DNA of 64,000 nt from Vicugna vicugna (lineage: Eukaryota), in NCBI GenBank assembly GCA_013265495.1, contig MU058337.1:312001-376000 (forward strand). Direction: 5' to 3'. The position numbers and the translations under genes were made by a program. Below, one piece after another: positions 12,530 to 25,534 of this stretch (its first letter is position 1; the number at the start of each line of letters is the position of its first letter). The notes under the pieces are model-generated. The model was not told the origin of the DNA, did no database searches, and worked only from the letters and a program-made list of their open reading frames with translations.

Positions 12530-14757
12530 TTTACAAAATTCAACCTTCTTTCATGAAACACTCAACACACTAGAAATAGAAGGAAATTACCTCAATATAG
12601 TAAAAGCTATCTATAAAAAGCCCACAGCTAACATCATACTCAATGGTGAAAAGGTGAAAGCTTTCCCTTTTAGTAACAAGGCCAAAATGCCTATTTTTGA
12701 CACTTCTATTCAAAATAGTACTGGAAGTCCTAGCCAGAGCAATTAGGCGAAGAGAAGAAATAAAAGGCTTCCAAATTGGAAGAGAAGAAGTAACACTGTC
12801 TCTGTTCACAGATGACATGACCTTCCATGGGGAGAAAACCCTGAAGTTCCACAAAAAAATAGTTAAAATTAATTTAAAAATTTAGCAAAGTTGAAGAATA
12901 TAAAATCAACACACAGAAACCAGCTGTGTTTCTGTACACTAACAATGAGCAACCTGCAAGGGAAATTGAGAGCACAGTCCCACCTGCAACAGCGTTAAAA
13001 AGAATAAAATAATTAGGAATAAACTTAACCAAACAGGCAACGACATGCACACTGAAAACTACAAAACATCGCTGAAAGCAGTCACACAAGACAGAAATAA
13101 GTACAAACCATCCCGTATTCATGAACTAAAAGAGTTAATACTGTCAAAATATTCATAATACTCAAAGTGAACTACAGATTCAATGCAATCTGTGTCAAAA
13201 TAATTAATGGCATTTTTCATGGAAGCAGAAATAATCATCCTAAAATTCATATGGGATCTCAAAGGACCCCGAATGGCTGAAACAATCTTAAGAAAAACAA
13301 AAAGGAAAGCAAAACTAGAGTCTTCACAACTCCTGATTTTAAAACAGGGTACAAAGTCCCAGTACAGTACTGGCATGAAAGCAGCCACACAGATCAGTGG
13401 AACAGTCCACGGCAGAGACCACAGAAACAGACACTCACTTACGTGGGCAAATGATCTTTGACAAAGCTGTCAGGCTACCCAGTGGGGAAGGGACAGTCTC
13501 TTCAACAAACAGAGCTGGGAAACTGAATACCTACATGCAAGAGAATAAAGCAGGCCCCTTGCATTCCACCATATACAAAAACCAACCCAGAGTAGGTTAG
13601 ATGTAAGCAAGGTCCTAAGGTCCTAAATGTAAGACCTGAAACTATAAACTCTTAGAAGAAATCATACAGGAAAAACTTCATCATGTTGGATTTGGCAGTG
13701 ATTTCTTAGATACGACACCAAAATAACAGGCATAAAAAGCAAAAATAGACAAACAGGACTACATCAAACTTAAAAGCTTCTGCACAGCAAAGGAAACAAC
13801 AAACAAAATGAAAAAGCAACCTGCGGAATGGAAGAAAAAACTTCACGTCATGTATCTGATGAGGAATTAACACCCAGGATACAGAAAAACTACAACTCAA
13901 CAACAAAATCCCCCAAATAACCAGATTTAATAAATCAGCAAAGGACTTGAAAAGACCTTTCTCCAAAGAAAATATACAAATAGTTAACAAGCACATGAAA
14001 AGATGCTCAACATCACTGATCATCAGGGAAATGCAAATCAAAACCACAATGAGATACCACTTCACACCCACTAGGATGGTCGCTATTAAGAAAAAAGAAA
14101 GCAAAGAAAGTGTTGGCAGTGAGATGGAGAAACTGGTACCCTTGTACTCTGTTGGTGGGAATGTAAAATGGTGCAAGCGTTGTGGAAACAGCATAAAGGT
14201 TCCTCAAAAAATTAAAAAATAGAATTACTATGTCATCCAGCAAATCTCACTTCCTAGCATCGATCCAGAAGGACTGAAAACAAGATCTCAAAGAGACATC
14301 TGCACGCCTATACTCATCGCAGCCTTGTTCACAATAGCCCGGGGTGGAAGCAGCCTAAACGTCTACTGACTGACGCCTGGATAAAGGAAGCGTGGTATGT
14401 GCATACGATGGGATTCTATTCGGTCTTAAAACAGAAGGAAAGCCTGTTACATGCTGTAACATGGGTGAACCTTGAGGACATCATGCTAGTGAAGTAAGTC
14501 AGCCACAAGAAGTACTTACTGCGTGATTCCATTTATTTGGAGTATCTACAGTAGTCAAATTCAAAGAAACAGAAAGTAGCATGACAGCACCCAGGGGCTG
14601 GGGGAAGGGGACAATGGGAGTTGTCTGGTGGGTCTCGAGCGTCAGCTCTGTAAGGTGACAAAGTCCCAGAGACCCGCTGCACAGATGTACTGGGCACTCA
14701 GCAGTGACTGAGATGGTCAATTTTATGTTTGTGACTTTTACCATAGTAAAAAAAAAG
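12530..14757 (+). mobile_element. L1 (L1MB-like) ORF2 3' half plus 3'UTR, frameshifted
   Basis: Peptides [23 protein letters not shown], the RT core LFTDDM (12802-12819) and C-terminal [22 protein letters not shown], in shifting frames. Ends in an A tail. Confidence 0.93.
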
Positions 14758-14759
14758 GT

Positions 14760-15230
14760 AACTGACTGATGACAAAACAATGGCAATCATGAAACTGATA
14801 CCATATATAGAGGCAAAGTATATGACCAAAACAACACAAGGCAAGGGGGGGAAAACATAAGTCTACCAGTTACAGGTTCTTTAATTTTATGTGTGGTGGT
14901 ATAAAATCACCTGAAGATAAACTGTAAATTTAAAAAGAATGCTGAGAGAACTTAAAAGCCTCAAGATGAATATTTTTAAGATATTAATTTGAACCAAATA
15001 AATAGTTCATCAATTTGAAAGCCTTTTTTTTTTAAAGAAAGCACCATGTCAATACTCATATGGAAATGCAAATAGTTGAGAATAGTGAAAAAAAAATCTT
15101 GAGAAAAGAGGAAATGTTGAGGATTTACACTAAATGATTTCAAAACTTCCTAGGAAGCTACAATAAGAGAGGATGGTACTGAAATAAAGGTGCAGAAGTC
15201 AAAGGAGCAGAATAAAAAGGCCAGAAACTG
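14760..15230 (+). mobile_element. Older L1M fragments
   Basis: CATATGGAAATGCAAA...GGATTTACACTAAATGATTTCAAAACT...AAGCTACA resembles decayed L1 ORF2. Confidence 0.55.
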
Positions 15231-16319
15231 TGTCTGTCTTTGTCTCTCGTCCTGTCTGTCTGTCTGTCTCTTTCATCTGCTACAAAGGCAGTAGAGTCAA
15301 TACTGTCAAAAAAATGCCTTTATCTTTTACTATTGGCCAATGAGCGGTTAGAGTTCCAAACCTTAAAATTTCAAAGGAACAGGAAGTCTAAACATAAAAG
15401 CCATCATCTCTTTCTTTCTTTTTATCTTAATCATAAATATGTTCATTTCTGCCAACTCTAAGTATCCAGCCAAGGGAAAAAAAAGAAAAACAACTTTGTC
15501 ATCATTTTCATCGTCGACCTAGCAGAGTGGATGTTACTAAGAGAGGTGTGGCAATCCAAGCGTAATGAGGGTGTTGAAAACGGCTGCAGAGCATGACCCA
15601 ACCTCGTGAATAAATCTTACCTGGCAGAGAAACAAGAAACTGAATTAGAGTGGCTGCCGGGAACATGACTGTAGGTGAAGACTGAATGGAAGTGTTCGAG
15701 GAAACGGCACCTTGCTTCTGATTCGTGGAGAGAAAGCAATTCTGGGCTGCGTGTCTCTTCTCCTCCAATTCCTGTGGACTCTGCACTATTACAAAAGGAG
15801 CCGTCCCTGCCATGGCACCGATTTGCTAATCTTTTCCCCCATGATACTATAACCCACCTGTAATTAAGCAATTAATCAACATACTCAGGAGTGCCCCAGT
15901 TGAAAATTAAACTCTTTTATCCAGATTTTGAACAAGGCTACAAACCTTGTTCCAAGCTACCAACTGAAGTGCCAGCTACTCTGCAGGCTGGAGTAAAACA
16001 TCGCATTCTGTCTCCTCCGGGGGCATCCTCTGTCCTCCTGTCCTTTAAGTGTTCAAATTTCTCAGGCTAGGTCTGACGTTCTCCTTTCCTTTTAGGCTCC
16101 TGCACTAAACTTTTGTCTTTTTTTTTTATTGTGAACAAATATGAATAACACAAAATGTACCATTTTATCCATTTTTTAATAAGCAGTTCAGTGCATTAAG
16201 TACAGTCACACTGCTGAGCACCCTCCTTCTTGCAGTAACACTGATGGCTACTCAAACACCTGTCTCAGCCCAGATCTCGTTCCCGAAACCTGACGATTCA
16301 ACATCTCCTTTTGGATATT

Positions 16320-17430
16320 ATGGCATTTAGGTTTCTCTTAGGTGCAAACAACAAAAACCACTGCTAGCCAATTAGATAGAAAAGGATTCTTCTGAAAGGA
16401 TTTCGGGTAATTCTTTCGGAAGAATCAGAGAATAGTGCTTCCTCATGTTTGGAGGATGGGTGTATACATACGTACCTCTCAGTCACGATGTGGGAGTGAG
16501 CACATAAAAATACCACTGCTGTTACAACTGGGCACAGACCACCACTTGCAGTCGCACTGTCAGAGCAGGCAGGTAGCTAGATATGAGCAGAGAAAGGGGG
16601 CCCGGGCCAAATGGCAGGAAACCACACATCTTGTAAACAACGGGGGTCCTTGGGCAGAGAAAGAAAAGCAGGAACCTCTGGACTGATAGGAAACCACACA
16701 TCCTGGGCTGATGTGTCCTGGAGGCTGACAAAGAAAGGTGGGAAAACGCAGGAATCTCCAGTGTCTGGATGCAAACTTTTGCTCATTATGCCTTCATTAC
16801 AATAAAATTGGCCTTGCAGATCTGAAGTACCCATCATGCACAGACACCGGGACACTTCCGATCCAGATTAATAAGGACAAAAAAAAAATCCCTTTTCTCC
16901 TCAGGAAGGTGGAGCTGGGATGAAAATCAGGAAATACAGCCCCAAAACCCTCCCTCCCCAATGAATACTCCACCCATTCATTTTTACACCCCAAGTAACC
17001 ACCCTGCCAAAGAAACTCAGCCCAGATACTCACCGCTCGCCCCTTCAGAGTGTACTATCGCTTAATAAATCCTTGCTTTGCTTTCTAGACCTCCGCATCT
17101 TGTCTCAGAATTCCTTCTGCAACTAGACAAGAAGCTCCTCTCCAGTCACAATATCTCCGGGTACCTACTGCTAGAAGCTCTGAGGTCCGCACCTGGCTGC
17201 GGCTGCGGCTGCCACATGAGCACGGATGTCACAATGGCCTTCCTTTTCCACATCACCTGTCTCCACCTCAAAGTCTGGACCAAGTGTGCCTCGTTGACCA
17301 AGTCTGGGTCATCTCAGCTGTGAGAGGAGCACCCCCTATCTGGAGACCAGCTCTCACTCATCAGATGGAAAAACTGCCAGAGCAAAGGGCAGGTGCTCGG
17401 TAGCTGAAAACAAGAAAATATGCTCATTAG
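16320..17430 (-). mobile_element. Old MLT1 (J/K/L-like) LTR split by the ERV1 LTR
   Basis: Left part TTAGGTTTCTCTTAGGTGCAAACAACAAAAACCAC...AAAAGGATT. Right part ...GGCAGGTGCTCGGTAGCTGAAAACAAGAAAATATGCTCATTA. Both resemble a reversed MLT1. Confidence 0.5.
16558..17150 (+). mobile_element. ERV1-class solo LTR (MER41-like)
   Basis: TGTCAGAG...CCAGTCACA termini, internal U3 repeats, GAGTGTACT followed by AATAAA (about 17064), and a U5-like GTCTCAGAATTCCTT. About 590 bp. Confidence 0.7.
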
Positions 17431-19436
17431 CCTCTTTAACAGGCACTTCAAACTCATTATGAACTTAGAACTCCTGGTATTTCTCCCCAAACATTCTTGT
17501 GTTCTTTTTACCATGCAAGCACCAAAGGCAGAGATATAGAAGTATTCATTCTACATTCTGCTGCATTTTTCCCCACCAGTTACATCTCAAGTATATCCTG
17601 AATCCATCCACTTCACTCCAGATCCATTCCTATCATTTAAATCCAAGATTTTTTACTTAGAATATTCCTAAATATTAGTCTCACCCATTATAACAGCTTC
17701 ACTGAATTTAACTTACATGCAACCCTAGTCACCCATTTAAAAGTACAATTCAATAATTTTCAGTATTTTCAGGGTTGTGGTACAGACTGACCACAAAAAT
17801 CTCTTAGAACATTATCGTCACCGTCCCCCATAAAACTCTGTAGCCATCAGCAGTCACTCCTTATTTCTCCTCAAGACCCTGATGCTTAGACAACCACTAA
17901 CCTACTTTCTATATAGCTGGAGCTGCCTGTTTTGGATATTGCAAGTGAATGGACTCATACAGTATACAGTCATTTGTAACCAGCTTCCTTTTTCAAGGTT
18001 CGTCCATGTTGTAGCACTGATCAGAATTTCATTTCCTTCCTTGCTGAGTGACATTACATTGCAGCATGCATCACATTTTATCTATTTCATCATCAGTTAA
18101 TGGCATTTAGATTGTTCTCTCCTCTATAATGAAGGATGCTGCTATGAACATTCAAGTACAGGTTTTTGTATGAACATATATTTTCAGTTCTCTTAGATAT
18201 ACACCTAGGAGTGCAGATCCTGGGTGGTAGGGTAACTCCATTTTCAACATTTTAAGAACTGCTAGTTGTTTTCCAAAGCAGCTACTCCATTTTACATTCC
18301 CACCAGCAATGGGAGTGTCCAAAATTCCTCCACATCCTCGCTGACACTCTGACACTTGTTTTGTCTTTTCGATTATATTCATCTTACGGGCTATCAAGTA
18401 GTGTCTCAGTGCAGTTTTGATTTGCATTTCCCTGATTATTAACGAAAGTGAACATCTGTTTCTGTGCTCATTGGTGACCTGTACATGCTCCATGGAAAAT
18501 ACCTATTCAAACACTTTACCCATCTTTAAATTGGGTTGTCTGTCTTTATGTTGTTAAGTTATAAGTGCTCTTTAAATTCTGGAAACAACTCTCTTATCAG
18601 ATACATGATTTGCAAATGTTTTCTCCCATTTTGGAGTCTGTCTTTCACTTTCTTGGAAATGTACAATGTCCTTTGAGGCGTATGTTTTTATCAAGCCCGA
18701 TTTATCTGTTTTTTCTTTTATTGTTTGTCCTTTTCACATCACACCAAGAAACCACTGTCTAATCCAGGGTCACAAAGATTTGACTGTTGTTTTCTCCGAA
18801 GATGTTACAGTTATAGCTCTTACATTTAGGTCTTTGCCCCATTTTGAGTTAATTTTTAATATGGTATGATGCAGAAGTCCAAATTCATTCACATGTATGT
18901 GGAAATCCAGTTGTCACAACATCATGTGTTGAAAAGACTTCTTTCAACAATGAATTTGGCACTTTTGCCAAAAATCAGTTAATTAAATATATGTTAATTT
19001 ATGGACTCTGAATTCTAGGCCATTGATTTATATGTCTTTCCTTATGCCTGTATGTCTTGACTACTGTAGCTTTGCAATAAGTTTTAAAATCAGAATATAT
19101 GAGACCTCTGACTGTTCATTTTAAAGATCGTTCTGGCTAATTCAGATCTCTTGCATTTGTGTATGAATTTTAAGATCAGCTTGTCACTTTCTGCAAAAAA
19201 AAGGGACAGATTTAATCGAGTATACTGATTTCCTTGATCAAACTGGGGAGAATTGCCATCTTAATAATTTATCTTTCAATCTACAAACATATGATGTCTT
19301 TCCATTTATTTAGGTCTTTTTTAATCTCTTTCAAAAATGTTACATAGTTTTCAGAGATGACATTTTGCCTTTATTGCTAAACATATTTTTAAGTATTTCA
19401 TTATATTTGGTGCCATTATAAATGGAATTTTCTTTT

Positions 19437-19872
19437 AATTAGGGCTCCCATAACAAAGAACCACAAAGTGGCTTAAACAACAAAAATTCCTTCATTCTCT
19501 CCCAGTTGTGAATGAGAGAACTCTGAAATCAAAGTGGCACCAGGACCACGCTCTCTCACCTGGCTCATAGAAACCCTTGGTGTTCCCTGGCTTGCAGCTG
19601 CACGAATCCAATCTGTCTTCACTGCCATATGACCGTCTTCCCTTCGTGTGTCTGTCTCCTCTGTGTGTCTGTTCCTAAGTCTTTTCTCTTTTTCAGTATA
19701 AGGGCACCAGCCATGTACTAGTAAGGGTATACCCTACTCCAGAAGGCTCTCAACTGAATTAGACCTTAATTATGTCTCCAAAGACCCTATTTCCAAATCA
19801 GGTCATATTCTTAGGTACCAGGGGTTAGGACTTTGACGGATCTTTTTGGGATTCACAAGCCAACGTACAACA
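19437..19872 (-). mobile_element. MaLR solo LTR (MLT1B/C-like)
   Basis: AGGGCTCCCATAACAAAGAACCACAAAGTGGCTTAAACAAC...AAAGACCCTATTTCCAAAT...GGGGTTAGGACTT...ACAACA. Confidence 0.8.
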
Positions 19873-20310
19873 CTATCATTTTGGGATTGTTTATTGACAG
19901 TGTATACGATTTTTGTAGATTGATCTTGAATCTTACTGAATTCATTTATTAGCTCTCATATTTTAGTGGATTCTTTAAGATATTCCATATGTAAGCTCAT
20001 GTCATCTGTAAATAAGGTTTTACTTCTCCCTCTCTGATCTGGATGTTTTCTGCTTTATTTTCTTGCCTGATTGTCCTGTACAGAATCTCCAGTACAATGT
20101 TGAATATATGTAAGTGGCAAGAGCAGATATGCCTGTCTTTTTCCTGACTTTAGGGGAAGGCTTTCAGTCTTTACCTTTAAGTATGATGGTAGCTATATTC
20201 CATAAATAACTCATTATAAGACTGAGTTTCCTTCTATTTGTTGTCTGCTGAGTGTTTTTCATCATGAAGGTCTTTTGGATATTGTCAAATGCTTTCTTCT
20301 ATTCATCTGG

Positions 20311-20694
20311 TGTTAAGGACTGAATTGTGCCCCACTTCCCAAATCTGTATGTTGAGGCCCTAACCTCCAATGTGACTGTATTAGGATATAAGGCCTTTAA
20401 AAAGATAATCAAAGTTAAATAAGGTCATAAGGCTGCTGCCCTAACCTGTAAGAAATGGTGTCCTTATAAGAAGAGGATGAAACCTCCCCATGCATGGATA
20501 GAGAAAGGGCCATGTGAGCGTACAGCAAGAAGGTGGCCATCTACAAGCTGGGAAAAGAGCTCTCACCAGAAACTGAATTTGCTGGCTTCTTGACCATGGA
20601 CGTCCAGGTTCCAAAATTGGGAGAAAATAAATGTCCGTTGTTTAAACCACCAGCCTATGATATTTTGTAATGGTAGCCCAAGCAGTCTAACATA
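20311..20694 (+). mobile_element. MaLR solo LTR (MLT1A-like)
   Basis: TGTTAAGGACTGAATTGTGCCCC...GTTGAGGCCCTAACCTCCAATGTGACTGTA...AATAAATGTCCGTTGTTTAAACCACC...GCCCAAGCAGTCTAACATA. Confidence 0.85.
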
Positions 20695-21519
20695 TATATT
20701 ACATTAATCGATTTTCAGATGTTAAACCAACCTTGCATTTCTGATTCTGGCCACTTGATCATGGTGCATAATCCCTTTATATGCTGCCGGATTCAGTGTC
20801 ATAGTATTTTGTTGAGGGTTTTTGCACCTACATTCACAAGGAGATCATTTTGCTATGAATGATATTAGATAATGGGCAAAATGTAGATGAGATGAGAATT
20901 AGATGTAGTAATGCATCTGTGTTAATTTCTTGATGTTAATGGTACATTTCGGGTGTCTCCAATAAATGAGTGTTTCATCTCCACTTCCTATCATCCAGCT
21001 GGCCCTGACACTATTCAAGCATGTAAGTTTCCTGTTAGGGAAAGCAACCTACAGAACCATTCCTAAAGGTTGAATGAATATCAGGCGATTTTTAATCAGC
21101 CCAAACTATTAACTCAATGCCAATGAGAGAAGAAAAAGGAACAAAGAAAAAAAAAAACAATTTCATGAAAAGGCACTTTATCAAATTCTAAGGCATCATG
21201 ATCATGAACAGTTAAAACCTATTCATTCCTAGATTAATGTAACTAATCAAATGCTTTGGGTCTATTTGTTTACCACCAGTTCACATATAGAAAGTATTTA
21301 AATTAGCCTAAATTAAATACATGTGGCAGAATAATACAAGGGAAGGGAAAATAAATCTAACTTCCACTTTTTATTCACACCATTAGTACAAGTCCATTAA
21401 TTTCAGTACAAATCCAGGAGTTTATTTAATCATTAAGGAAACTTTACTGTCCTACCATATAATTTAGGTTAATAGAAAATTTAAAAAAGACTGAAGACAA
21501 ACTATCTTAAGACATTAAT

Positions 21520-24500
21520 CAATCTTTTAATGTATCAATTTATTGCATGTCAGTACAGAAAAATAGAAAGTATATTTTAAAAGAAATTTATTGTTAAAAA
21601 ACAAAAATGTTTGCCTGCCATGATTAGCACATAATGTACTATAACATTCAAATTTGAGTTATAAAATTGTATTACTGCTTCAAATAAAATATGGCAAATA
21701 ACAAAATATGATTTACATTATGAAACTGGATTGACTTATTTTATCCTGAATGTACTTGAATAGGCTGAAAATAACTTGAATTTTCAGTATATGGTGTACT
21801 GACAGAAATTGCTATAAATTATGTTAAAGACACACTCATCCCTGGTACATATGTATATATGACACTTTTTGTAAACAAGTGTCTCTTATACATAGTCCTA
21901 CTGTTAAACTACACTTTTAAGATACAAAATATAAATGGAGGTATATTTGTGCCATTTGGCAAAAATGTGTTGACTACTTACTATTAAGGATGAATGCACT
22001 TATTTCACCATAAAATTAACATACTATTTCTGGTTAGCTAAGATGATGTGCATATATGGCAATATAAACAGAAGTGCTTTTTATTTTCAACTCTATTGAT
22101 TTAAAAAATAGATGTCTGTGCTCTATCATTTCCAACTTGACCTGAGTGATATGAAAATACATGAATTTAAGTGGATCATTCAAAAGCATTATGACTATTT
22201 GTCACGTGTCTTTTTCCGTAATTGCTGTCAAACACTGTGAGAAAAACGGGGCGGGGGGAGGTCAGGTTTTCAGAATATCTCAACCACGACCTGATTTAAC
22301 AAGCGACTTCTGTGACATCATCTTTTAAGGTTTACCTTATTTACTCCTAACCTCAGGGAAGGAATGGACTCAATCATAAAAACTACACTGTAGTTGGGCT
22401 TGCAAGATAGTTCATAGAAAACTGAATACGGCCTTCACTCCTTAATTCCACTGAACAAGCCAATACCCACCTCAAACCAAATCTTACAAACATAAGAGAT
22501 GAATGTGAAAGCATCAGGTGACACTAACTCCAAGTGTTACAAAGAGTTAATCAGGTGATGTACTGCCAAAGGGGGGATCAGGTTATCATCAACCGTCTAC
22601 AGACCATGAAAAATAAATTTAAACTGCCCCCATAACAAAATTCGAAATACCATTTTAATGAAAACACCAATTTTACAGCCAAAGTATTTGCAAAAGCATA
22701 GGGTAGGTGCAACATCAGGGACTCCAATCACCTTCTGTTAGAAATGCCTTGTTTTGTTCTGAATGTTAGGTTTCCTCATCACCAATCTCATCAGCTAATT
22801 ACTTCCTAGATCGAAGCTTGAGAACTATGTCACATTTCCCCATCCAGTTGTTTCTATCCTATTTGCACTTTTATCTGTTACAAATTTCTTTCCGCATTTT
22901 GCAATATCAATTTAGGATCCTTTTTGTCATTTTACCCCCAGTAGTCCCTTTTAAAATAATCAATTTTGATCTAAATGAATTTTATCTTGCCATCTAAAAT
23001 CATTCTAGGATTTCCAAATTACAGTAGCTTAGTAACTTTAAAAACTCATTCAGAAACTCCTATAGGGGATGCGCATGTGTAAATGAGCCAGAAATTAATA
23101 AACAAGATGGACACACCCTTATTCCCACTAAGAGATGGGTCCAAAATGAGGGTGTGACCCATGAAGAATCCATGTTTTATTAAGATCAATTGCTACGGCC
23201 ACAAAATTAGACACATTTTATAAAACTGATGCCATGGGCTTCATGGGCCCCTGATGATAGGAGTTTGCTTTCTACCTCCTTCCCGTCTAAGGAAGTAGTC
23301 CCCAGTACAGAAGCCAGGAAAGACGGATGGACTACAACCCTAGACGCAACCTCTTCCCTTCGCTGCAGAAGGAAAGGGAATGGAGGGAGGGAGAAACACA
23401 AGTACTCCAGAACTTCCGAAGTCCCAGATTAAAAAAAAAAAAGCCGGGGGGGGGAGGGTGACTGTAAATCTGGAGCACTGAAAGAGAACAAAAGGCAGCG
23501 TAAAACGAAGCCCTGCTGAAGAAAGCTTTCTATGCTCCATCAGCATAATATTTATAACTAAAGTTGATACATTCCTCCACAGCGCAGGAGACTAAATGAT
23601 TACATGAAAAGCTAAGAAGGTCCTCTGTAAACTTGAAGAATGATAGAAGTCTAAGGTGTGCTGTGTATAAGCTCATGTCTAAATACACTACACTTTGTTG
23701 TAGTAACTGTTTTCTTTTTAATACGTTACTATTTAGGATACTCGTTCTACATAGCAATGATTGACAAGATGAAAAGTAGCCTTTAATTGTAGTGAATTTA
23801 TACATACAAAATACACCTTCCATGATACGCGTTACCAACTTTTTTTTATAAAAAGCATGATTTTTTTTACAATTTATAGAAAACATTATCCTTTAGAAAT
23901 CATACTTGCTATAATTTACTTTTTCCTAAATATTGACATAAAGTGAATGATAAGAATGTTATTTGGCAAAAGTATTTCTAGCCCTATCTCCATGGAAAGT
24001 TTTAAATTAAGGTCAAGATTATTGACCTATTATTTCTCTGCCCTAGCTGCTTGCACAAAGCCAATAAATATAGGTAAAATATTCAAAAAATATTGTATGT
24101 TGGAGCTGACATAATGACATACAGAGCTCAATTACATCTTAATTTTTGAGGACTGCTTGAAAAAACTTAGCACAACTATGCCTCATAGCTTATATTTTTT
24201 AAGGTAAATCCTGTAAGTTTTAAGGGGCTCTTTCCTAAGTAAGATTTTTCTTACTCTTCTGTATGTCCAAATACTACTTCCCACTGACAGCCATTTAATT
24301 AAAGGCGCTAACAGGTTCTGTGATTAAAAAGCTCTAGAGTTCCTTCACTCGCACAGTCCTACAAGGAGAACACAAATGAGTGAGGCTTCCTAGAACTCTC
24401 TCGATACAGCTCTTCTGTTTCGTAACTAAAACATCAGACCAAAGAAGACAGCCTGCCTTTTTTTTTTAACTTTTGTTTTTGTAAGTTTTATTTTCAGAAA

Positions 24501-25534
24501 GTCCAATAAATGGTATCTTGGCTTTAGTGGGATAGATACACCAAGATATTGGGACTTAAAAATCATATGTGGAAATTTCTGTAAAATAGTATGTACAATG
24601 GAATAATGGTAAGACTTCCTAATTAATTCTTAAACAAGTTCTGATCTTCGTTATGACTGCTATTAGGGGTTCAGCTGTAGACTTACAAAACTGACAGAAG
24701 CTAAAATTCTCTTTGCCACCAAAATTACAAATGTTAAAAAGTTCAAATATGCACATCAAAGCTGCAGTAAAATTCTAAATTTCTATTTTTACATGCCATG
24801 ATCCAACATGTCAGACTGTACCTAACAAAACACGGTACATTTCTATTGGAAAATGGGGTCCCATTTATTTGCAAGAAAAAGCTGGATCTCCGCATTCACC
24901 AGAGCAAAATTCAATGGCAACCTGCACACAGGCCTCAATTTCGTGTCTTGCTAAAAACAAAATAGAGTTTACATAAAAATAGCTATGACCCAGGGCATCA
25001 TGTACATTGGTATATGACCGGTACTATTTACAGTAAAAACATGGCATTGCATAAGTCAAGGAATAAAATACCATCATGCATTTCATTTTAACTTTTAAGG
25101 TGAAAAATGCAGTTACAGAACTAAGTTTGCTTACCATGATTGTCCCAATATTCACTAAAGGAATAATACCCAAAGGTTTCTTGTTTTCATGTCTCCTTCC
25201 ACACCTAGCCATTAATCGAAGTGTCACATAGATTACACAGCTGTAGCAACAAGAAACTTTTGAATATAATATGCTATTATACTAGCATATTAAACTAAAG
25301 ACACAAACACACAACCACATTGAAAGGTTTGATGAAAACGTATGAAATAATTCCAAGAATTATCGTTCTTCAAATGTAAAAAACTATTTGGATCATCTCA
25401 AAGGAGCAATGAAGTCCTTTCAAAGTTTAATGTCACTCTTCAGACAAGTACAGACATAACACACTTCTAGAAAGGAACATTCTTTATCATTCTGCACAAA
25501 TTAAAATACAGTACATTAATCAAAAAGAAAAACA
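21520..25534 (-). other. ABHD13: ABHD13 long AT-rich 3'UTR (about 4 kb; distal end approximate)
   Basis: Repeat-poor AT-rich tract after the stop codon, ending in a cluster of minus-strand AATAAA. The length agrees with my recollection of the human 3'UTR. Confidence 0.6.
21539..21592 (-). terminator. Candidate distal polyadenylation signals of ABHD13
   Basis: Plus-strand TTTATT at 21539-21544 and 21587-21592, with further copies at 21370-21375 and 21421-21426. Confidence 0.55.

Larger units (their letters stand above)
17690..20850 (-). mobile_element. L1MB-like element (3'UTR and ORF2 remnant) interrupted by two MaLR LTRs
   Basis: ORF 18152-18493 ([17 protein letters not shown]...ELPYHP) is the ORF2 C-terminus. 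L1 sequence resumes after each LTR. Confidence 0.88.

Noticed and set aside
12498..14222. Reverse-transcriptase-like ORFs as an active or domesticated gene
   Set aside because: Fragmented across frames with stops, 5'-truncated, and YADD/FADD altered to FTDD: a dead L1.
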